Below are positions 7,171 through 12,647 of a stretch of 64,000 nt of DNA, in pieces. The first letter of the stretch is position 1, and each line of letters begins with the position of its first letter. The DNA is from a virus. The notes under the pieces are model-generated. The model saw only the letters and a program-made list of their open reading frames with translations. It ran no database searches and had not been told where the DNA came from. The stretch is taken from positions 319,950-383,949 of IMG/VR virus record IMGVR_UViG_3300045988_180880; one strand, 5' to 3'. A program made the position numbers and the translations under genes.

Positions 7171-8013
7171 ATGAAACTTAGAGCAAAAGATACTGAAAGT
7201 TTTATTCAAAAAAGTAAAGATAAATATGGTGAAGATGCTTTAGATTATTCTGAAGTAAACTATATTGATAAATTAACTCCTGTAAAACTAATATGTAAGA
7301 AATGTGGGAATATATTTTATCAATCACCAGCAGAACATTTAAGAGATAGAAAGAAAATATCTTGTCCTAAATGTGCAGTAATAGATTCCAGAGAAAGAAG
7401 GTCTATTAAACAGAAAGAAGTTTGGTTAAGGAAATGTAAAGATAAGTTTGGAGATAAATTTGATTACTCTAAAGTTAATTACATAAATAATAAATTAGAT
7501 GTATGGATTTATTGTAATAGTTGTAAAAAATGGTTTAAACAATCTCCACATCATCATATTAGAAATATTCATGGATGTCCTTTCTGTGCAATGAAAGAGA
7601 AATCTGGATATGAATTTATGGTTGAGAGTTATCTTGAATATTTAGTAAAAAATGATAAAACGTTATCATATAATTCAGAATACAGTATTTTAAATAGGAT
7701 AGCGGGAAGGAATTCTAACAAAATAATGATAGATTTTAAATTAAATATAAATAACTTAGAATATTGGATAGAAGTTAATGGTCAGCAACATTACAAATTT
7801 ATAAATTTCTTTCATAAAACAAAAGAAGATTTCCAAAAACAATTAAAAAGGGATGAAAATGTTAGAGAATACTGTAAAGAAAATAATATAATTCTCATAG
7901 AAATTCCATATACTTACAATACATATGAGAAAATATCTGAAGTTCTAAGAAGAATTTTAATTGGTGGTGAATCTCCAAATATAATAGTTCAGCCAAAAAT
8001 AATACAACCATAA
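7171..8013 (+). CDS. free-standing homing-endonuclease-like protein (two Zn-finger repeats + Vsr/DUF559-like PD-(D/E)XK C-terminal domain)
   Basis: Two tandem repeats of the pattern KYG(E/D)..DYS.VNY...V.I.C..C...F.QSP..H.....CP.C. The C-terminus IDFKLN..LEYWIEVNGQQHY...RDENVREYC..NNIILIEIPY matches the DF...IE.dG..H..Rd pattern of Vsr-like endonucleases. The listed ORF starts at TTG 7087; I prefer ATG 7171 (MKLRAKD...). Confidence 0.65.
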   Translation: MKLRAKDTESFIQKSKDKYGEDALDYSEVNYIDKLTPVKLICKKCGNIFYQSPAEHLRDRKKISCPKCAVIDSRERRSIKQKEVWLRKCKDKFGDKFDYSKVNYINNKLDVWIYCNSCKKWFKQSPHHHIRNIHGCPFCAMKEKSGYEFMVESYLEYLVKNDKTLSYNSEYSILNRIAGRNSNKIMIDFKLNINNLEYWIEVNGQQHYKFINFFHKTKEDFQKQLKRDENVREYCKENNIILIEIPYTYNTYEKISEVLRRILIGGESPNIIVQPKIIQP

Positions 8014-8069
8014 ACAATAAAGGAGAGTAACTTTGATCGGTTACTTTTCTACTAAAACAATTATTTATT
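8014..8069 (+). promoter_or_regulatory. conserved 5' block with hairpin (copy 1 of 2)
   Basis: acaataaaggagagtaactttgatcggttacttttctactaaaacaatta... is nearly identical to 9527-9578. Hairpin gagtaac/gttactt (8025-8031/8040-8046). The block directly precedes the ATG of a paralogous gene in both copies. Confidence 0.6.
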
Positions 8070-8585
8070 ATGAACCTACTAGATATATTACTCCCACTCC
8101 CTAGACGAAGAAGAGAAAAGGAAGAATTGAAAAAACTAGAGCCAGAAATAAAAAATCTTGAAGAAAAACTTGGATTAATTGGAAGAACTGGAACAGAAGT
8201 TTATTATGATCCACTCTATGAACGAAATAGAGGAAGAAAATATGATCTTAAAGGCCGAAAGGAATACCTAGAAGACCTCAGAAAACGATTAAACAATGGG
8301 TATAAGAGTTCGAATGTAATACGAGCTAGTGGATATTTTAGTCCAGGTAATTCTAATGAAAAAGATACTTTTAACCCAATCATAAAAGAATTACCTAAAC
8401 CAAGTAAGGTAGTGTATGTAGTATTAATAAGAAAAACTATTGATATCCCAAAAACGATAAAAATAGAGAACAGTACTGAATATAAAATAAAAAGTACAAA
8501 CTCTGAATGTGATAATATAGAGGATTACTATATTATAAAAGAATTGGATGAAAACGCTAAAAAATTTATTAAATCTCTAATATGA
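8070..8585 (+). CDS. hypothetical protein (MxLLxILLP family)
   Basis: 171-aa ORF. The N-terminus MNLLDILLP...EEKLGL...YYDPLYERN is paralogous to the 9579 ORF. ATGA overlap with the next gene suggests translational coupling. Confidence 0.7.
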   Translation: MNLLDILLPLPRRRREKEELKKLEPEIKNLEEKLGLIGRTGTEVYYDPLYERNRGRKYDLKGRKEYLEDLRKRLNNGYKSSNVIRASGYFSPGNSNEKDTFNPIIKELPKPSKVVYVVLIRKTIDIPKTIKIENSTEYKIKSTNSECDNIEDYYIIKELDENAKKFIKSLI

Positions 8586-9505
8586 TCATATTAAGAAAAT
8601 ACCCAGAGGAACAGAAAGAATTTAGTATACTTTCAGAAATATCTCAATTGGGTTTAAGGAAAGGAACGAAAAATTATATCAGGAAACAAAAAAGAGATGT
8701 GGTGAACAAATTAATTCAAAATAAACGAGATTTTCTTGCAAAAACGAAGAAGACAGAAAGAAAATTGACTAATCTTCGAAAAGAAACAAAAGAGAATGAA
8801 TTAATAGCCAATAATCTGAAAAAAGAAGCTAATAGAGTAAACACTGATATAATACCCGATAATAAATTTTCTAAACTAGTACATCAGCCTAAAGGAGATA
8901 AATCCTATATTCTCGATAAAGAAAAGAGAAATCTACTTAAGCAAATGTCTAATGATAAAAATTTGGATAAAGCTAGTAGAGAGTTAGCCAGATCAAGTTC
9001 GGCCAAAGATGCAATTATAAATCTTAACTCTGATGCAATAGGAAAAGACACCCCGTTTGTTGCCCATGAACTAGGTCATGTTAAAAATAGTAAAAAATCT
9101 ATTAATTCTGCAATTCAAAAACTAGCTGATAAATCTAATAATAGTAAAGGAATATTAGCTGATATTGGGAAAAGAACTATTGGAATTCAAGAAGAAAATA
9201 ATGCCTGGAAAAATGGAATAAAGGATTTAAAAAAGGCTGGTGCAACGAAAGAAGAGATTAAACATGCCAAAAGTCTAGAAAATGCTGCAGTAGATACATA
9301 TAGAAAAGGAAATAGTTTAAGAAATAACTTAAATGAAAAGCTATTAAATAAATTACATCCAAAAGAAATAGATAACTATAAAGTATTTCCTGGATCTCAT
9401 AAAGAAGAAAAAGATTTAATGGAACTTTTTGGAGATAAAGGAAGAACTGAAAGACAGAAATATAATTTAAGAAGAAAAATAATAAATAAAAGGAAATCTA
9501 AATAA
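8582..9505 (+). CDS. leader-family protein with HExxH metallopeptidase-like motif
   Basis: N-terminus MIILRKYPEEQKEFS. HELGH at 9065-9079, followed by EENNAWKNGIKDLKKAGATKEE. This block is shared with the 10430, 14828 and 20729 products. Confidence 0.75.
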   Translation: MIILRKYPEEQKEFSILSEISQLGLRKGTKNYIRKQKRDVVNKLIQNKRDFLAKTKKTERKLTNLRKETKENELIANNLKKEANRVNTDIIPDNKFSKLVHQPKGDKSYILDKEKRNLLKQMSNDKNLDKASRELARSSSAKDAIINLNSDAIGKDTPFVAHELGHVKNSKKSINSAIQKLADKSNNSKGILADIGKRTIGIQEENNAWKNGIKDLKKAGATKEEIKHAKSLENAAVDTYRKGNSLRNNLNEKLLNKLHPKEIDNYKVFPGSHKEEKDLMELFGDKGRTERQKYNLRRKIINKRKSK

Positions 9506-9526
9506 TTATATACTATTATAAAAAAA

Positions 9527-9578
9527 ACAATAAAGAAGAGTAACTTTGATCGGTTACTCTTCTACTAAAACAATTACT
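9527..9578 (+). promoter_or_regulatory. conserved 5' block with hairpin (copy 2 of 2)
   Basis: acaataaagaagagtaactttgatcggttactcttctactaaaacaattact. Perfect hairpin agagtaac/gttactct. Confidence 0.6.
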
Positions 9579-9752
9579 ATGAGCCTACTAAATATATTAC
9601 TTCCTAGACAAAGGATGATAAATCAAGAAATAAAAAGTCTTGAAGAAAAACTTGGATTAACCGAAAGAGATACAAAAACTCTTTTCTATGATCCACATTA
9701 TATTAGAAATAAATCATTTCAAACAAGAAAAGATTATCTAAACTATAACTAG
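9579..9752 (+). CDS. hypothetical protein, short paralog of the 8070 gene
   Basis: ATG 9579 (MSLLNILLPRQRMINQEIKSLEEKLGL..FYDPHYIRN), 57 aa. The listed ORF 9546 begins at a TTG inside the upstream hairpin, which I rejected. Confidence 0.55.
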   Translation: MSLLNILLPRQRMINQEIKSLEEKLGLTERDTKTLFYDPHYIRNKSFQTRKDYLNYN

Positions 9753-9815
9753 AAAAAAATGATAGGGCGCTAAAATGCTTCTCTAAAAGTAAGAAAAAAC
9801 ATTAGAAGGATAAAA

Positions 9816-9844
9816 AAGAAGATCAACTTTTCGTCAATCTTCTT
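9816..9844. terminator. hairpin terminator between convergent genes
   Basis: aagaagat/atcttctt stem. The U-run is good on the minus strand (after gene 9853..10122) and weaker on the plus strand. Confidence 0.55.
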
Positions 9845-9852
9845 TGTAGGGA

Positions 9853-10122
9853 CTATTTAAGTGATTCTTTATATTCTTTTATCTCTTTACCACATTGATA
9901 GATCAATTCAGAAATACCTTCTGCACTTTCTAATGTATCTGTATTATCTAATACATTAGATACAACTTTACACCAATGTCTATCTTTTTCAGAAAGAGAA
10001 TCTGGATTTTTCTTATATTTATACATCATTTCTGCACCTAAATTATACCCTGCACCTTTTACCAATTTAAAAGCTGCTATAATTGATATAGTAGCTAATC
10101 CAATTTTTAATAATGTTTTCAT
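9853..10122 (-). CDS. small membrane protein, hypothetical
   Basis: 89 aa with an N-terminal hydrophobic helix (LLKIGLATISIIAAFKLV). Promoter-like motif ~24 nt upstream and a terminator downstream. Confidence 0.7.
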   Translation of the reverse strand: MKTLLKIGLATISIIAAFKLVKGAGYNLGAEMMYKYKKNPDSLSEKDRHWCKVVSNVLDNTDTLESAEGISELIYQCGKEIKEYKESLK

Positions 10123-10145
10123 ATCTTTTATATATTTTATTTATT

Positions 10146-10162
10146 ACATATATAAGGCTTTT
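10146..10162 (-). promoter_or_regulatory. promoter-like motif (AAAGCCTTATATATGT family)
   Basis: Plus strand reads acatatataaggctttt, which is aaaagccttatatatgt on the gene strand. It lies ~24 nt upstream of ATG 10122. Confidence 0.6.
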
Positions 10163-10184
10163 ACTCCTTCCAAAAATTAATATC

Positions 10185-10214
10185 GGGGGGGGGTAAAAGT
10201 ATAAACAATTCCTC
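10185..10214 (+). promoter_or_regulatory. G9-tract element upstream of a leader-family gene (divergent copy)
   Basis: gggggggggtaaaagtataaacaattcctc, with the G9 run at 10185-10193. It ends ~18 nt before ATG 10232. Confidence 0.5.
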
Positions 10215-10231
10215 TTCGATACAAATATTAA

Positions 10232-10408
10232 ATGATTATAAAACGTAAACTATTTTCTAAAGATTCAAAAGTTCTCGTCCCTTATTTTGAACCTGGCATT
10301 ACTGAAACTGGTAGACGATACGTAACACTAATCACTAACGATGGAAGAAAGAAGCGGCAATATATAGATCCGTATAGAAAGAGAACTAAAAAAGAATTAG
10401 AAAACTAA
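10232..10408 (+). CDS. leader-family small protein (58 aa)
   Basis: The ORF lies between the listed ORFs 9853..10122 and 10563..11228 and is absent from the track. MIIKRKLFSKDSKVLVPYFEPGITETGRRYVTLITNDGRKKRQYIDPYRKRTKKELEN. Confidence 0.6.
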   Translation: MIIKRKLFSKDSKVLVPYFEPGITETGRRYVTLITNDGRKKRQYIDPYRKRTKKELEN

Positions 10409-10429
10409 CTTAACTTATTAATTAAAATT

Positions 10430-11228
10430 ATGATAATCAAAAGAAAACTGTTTAGTAAAAAAAGAGGAGAATAAAAACTTCAATGACACTAGTTCAAAAG
10501 CAAAAGGAACTGCTTTATATCTTGGAGGTGCGGTAGCGGGTCAAGGTATCGCTGCACCTATAATGATGAAACATATGCAAGACGAACCCTCAGAAGAATC
10601 TGCAAAAATAGCTGAAAAACTAAAAAGATTAGCTTCTAGACGAGGACATAAAGTAGATAATATTACATATACTGGAATGGGACCTGCATATCAAAATAAT
10701 AAAATTTATACAAGTGGAACAAAAGCAGCTGATGTTCTTTCACATGAAATGGGACATGCTCACTATGATAAAAGAAAAGTAAAATCAGTAAGTGATGCTA
10801 TTGGTAAAGTTGCTCATAAAGCTTATCTAAAAACTGGTGGAATGTTGAATCATACAGTTCTAGCTCCTACAGCAGGAATAATAGCAGGTGTTAGATCAGG
10901 TAAAAAAGCAGCAGAAAAAGAAGCAGCCGGAGAAAAAGAATCAAAACTCTCCAGACATAGTGGATGGGCATCTGGTTTAGCTGTTCAATCTCCAGGGCTA
11001 GTATCAGAGGCTATGGCAAGTAAACATGGTCTAGATTTAATGAAAAAAGCTGGTGCCTCTAAGAAATTAATGAAAGCTAGTCGAAAAAACCTAGGTGTAG
11101 CTTTAGGAACTTATGCTGGAGTTGCTGTAACTAATGCAGGAATGTCAGAATTAGCTAGAGGAATTGCATATAGAAAGAAAAAGAAAAAATTAGAGAAGGA
11201 AAAAGATAAAAAGAAAGATGATAAATAA
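10430..11228 (+). CDS. leader-family HExxH protein, reading frame interrupted at an A7 run
   Basis: ATG 10430 gives MIIKRKLFSKKRGE, with a stop at 10472-10474. The +1 frame is open from 10455 through the listed ORF 10563..11228 (..KKEENKNFNDTSSKAKGTALYLGGAVAGQGIAAPIMMKHMQ...). HEMGH at 10743-10757. Removing one A from the run at 10457-10463 restores a family-typical protein. Confidence 0.55.
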
Positions 11229-11242
11229 CTAATATCATCTTT
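11214..11242. terminator. bidirectional hairpin terminator
   Basis: aaagatgat/atcatcttt 9-bp stem, with an A-run upstream and a T-run downstream. Sits between convergent genes and overlaps the stop of 10563..11228. Confidence 0.55.
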
Positions 11243-11256
11243 CTTATAAATCGTAA

Positions 11257-11331
11257 CTAAAATATCTTTCCAAAATGACGAAAGTATTTAAAAAAGTTAC
11301 GATAACCAATAAATAATCCTAATCCTTTCAT
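11257..11331 (-). CDS. possible 24-aa peptide (MKGLGLFIGYRNFFKYFRHFGKIF)
   Basis: First ATG 21 nt downstream of promoter-like motif 11353-11370, the same spacing as at bona fide genes. No other support. Confidence 0.3.
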   Translation of the reverse strand: MKGLGLFIGYRNFFKYFRHFGKIF

Positions 11332-11352
11332 AATCTTATATATTTTATATAT

Positions 11353-11370
11353 CACATATATAAGGCTTTT
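11353..11370 (-). promoter_or_regulatory. promoter-like motif
   Basis: Plus strand reads cacatatataaggctttt. Confidence 0.5.
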
Positions 11371-11395
11371 AAGGAATATAGAGTGTAAAACTATA

Positions 11396-11460
11396 AATCC
11401 TGGGAAAGTTTGGGATATAACTGCCCAGGAACTAATTAAATAAAAATAAAGAGCTATATG
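11396..11460 (+). repeat. ~60-nt CCTGGG-hairpin element, copy 1
   Basis: aatcctgggaaagtttgggatataactgcccaggaactaattaaataaaaataaagagctatATG is near-identical to 20672-20731. Here only a 14-codon ORF follows (MIFQKKYKNLERNI). Confidence 0.8.
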
Positions 11461-11606
11461 ATATTCCAAAAGAAGTACAAAAATCTGGAAAGAAACATTT
11501 AAGTAATGCATTTAGAATCCATGAAATTAATGAAGTTAAGAAAATAATCTCAGATAATACTAATAGACTTCTTGGAAAAATAGAAATAAATAAAGAGATT
11601 TGGAAA

Positions 11607-11897
11607 CTAATCCAAATCTCTAATCTCAATAGCATAATAACCTTCAGGAATATTCCATACCCCTGGATCTAATGCATTTGTGGGTATTTCTGTATTTTCA
11701 TTGATAGGATACAAGTCTACTCTTTTATGATCAAGCCAATCTGAACAAGGAGTTTTTGATGTATTATGATAATCCTTTAAAAAGATTAATTCATTTCTTT
11801 TTACTCTCATACTTTTATTAGATTTATTAAGATTTTCTACTATTTTTTCAAATCTTAGCATAGGATTTTCTATAGAGCTAATATCTTTATCATCCAT
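11607..11897 (-). CDS. hypothetical protein
   Basis: Listed ORF 11607..11975 trimmed to the first ATG after the upstream gene (MDDKDISS...). The C-terminus LYPINENTEIPTNALDPGVWNIPEGYYAIE is paralogous to the 11911 product. Confidence 0.65.
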   Translation of the reverse strand: MDDKDISSIENPMLRFEKIVENLNKSNKSMRVKRNELIFLKDYHNTSKTPCSDWLDHKRVDLYPINENTEIPTNALDPGVWNIPEGYYAIEIRDLD

Positions 11898-11910
11898 AAT
11901 TTTATAATAT

Positions 11911-12114
11911 TTAAATGTTAATTTCAATAGTGTAGTAACCTTCTGGAATATTCCATATCTCAGAAGATAATGCATTTTTAGGTACTTCTGTATTTTCGTT
12001 AATAGGATATAACATTACTATTTTATAATTACATTCTAAATGAGATCTTATTATATCTTTCTCTTCATCAGTAAGTTTTTTCTCAATTACCGCTTCTTTG
12101 ACTATTCTTTTCAT
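11911..12114 (-). CDS. hypothetical protein, paralog of the 11607 gene
   Basis: 67 aa, with the promoter-like motif upstream. C-terminus LYPINENTEVPKNALSSEIWNIPEGYYTIE. Confidence 0.65.
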   Translation of the reverse strand: MKRIVKEAVIEKKLTDEEKDIIRSHLECNYKIVMLYPINENTEVPKNALSSEIWNIPEGYYTIEINI

Positions 12115-12140
12115 AATTCTACGTATTTAAAATTTATATT

Positions 12141-12157
12141 ACATATACGAGGCTTTC
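12141..12157 (-). promoter_or_regulatory. promoter-like motif (variant)
   Basis: Plus strand reads acatatacgaggctttc, ~27 nt upstream of ATG 12114. Confidence 0.5.
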
Positions 12158-12647
12158 AAATTGATAAAAAGGAGGTTTTATATAGGTTTGTCCCTTATTT
12201 ATGAGGACAAAGGAGTTTCCCTTATCCTACACCTCTAACCGCTACCGCTAGAGGTGTCTTAGAAAAGAAACATTGAATAAGATATATAGGAAATTTTAAT
12301 ATAATATCATTTTAATTAAGTTGACACCCCTTTGGCCTCTGGGGGCCAGGGGTGGTGTTTCTAGATTAAAAGCTCATAGAAATCCTAAACATAAATATTC
12401 CATGTCTCCGACATAATCTTATGTTCTTTATCTATATGAGCAAGTGTCGCAAATTCTTTAGATAATATCTTTTATAGTGGAGAGTCAAAAATAATAAATT
12501 AAATCGACAAAATGCGTATAATATCCTTTCAATCCCTTATGATTGAAAAGGGAATCCTCCTATGTCTTCAATTTAAAGAGACATAGAAATTCTTTTAACT
12601 GGATTCTCTATTAGATTATAATAAATTTAATAAAAAATTATACGTAT
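12158..12647 (+). promoter_or_regulatory. long structured ORF-poor leader upstream of the helicase-like gene
   Basis: ~490 nt with no listed ORF. Blocks cttatttatgaggacaaagga (12194-12214) and tgaataagatatatag (12274-12289) are shared with the inverted paralog's leader. GC-rich hairpin at 12324-12358 has G-U pairs valid only on the + strand. Further hairpins: acacctcta/tagaggtgt, atgtc/gacat, ctatgtct/agacatag. Confidence 0.55.

Noticed and set aside
11257-11635. Minus-strand ORFs 11257..11511 (84 aa) and 11432..11635 (67 aa).
   Set aside because: They run across the promoter-like motif, the CCTGGG repeat element and each other. The products are F/L/I-rich nonsense-like sequence. Only the promoter-proximal last 24 codons are kept, as a low-confidence mini-ORF.
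11436-11672. ATG-less plus-strand open frame after CCTGGG repeat copy 1 (..DIPKEVQKSGKKHLSNAFRIHEINEVKK..) as a gene.
   Set aside because: It has no start codon in frame. Its 3' third is simply the antisense of gene 11607..11897. I could not align it to any leader-family member by eye. It is mentioned only as a possible gene relic.
12215-12273. Variable insert between conserved blocks in the two leaders as a diversity-generating retroelement template/variable pair.
   Set aside because: There is no reverse transcriptase in the window. The two inserts are unrelated in sequence rather than differing at adenines. The region is non-coding.
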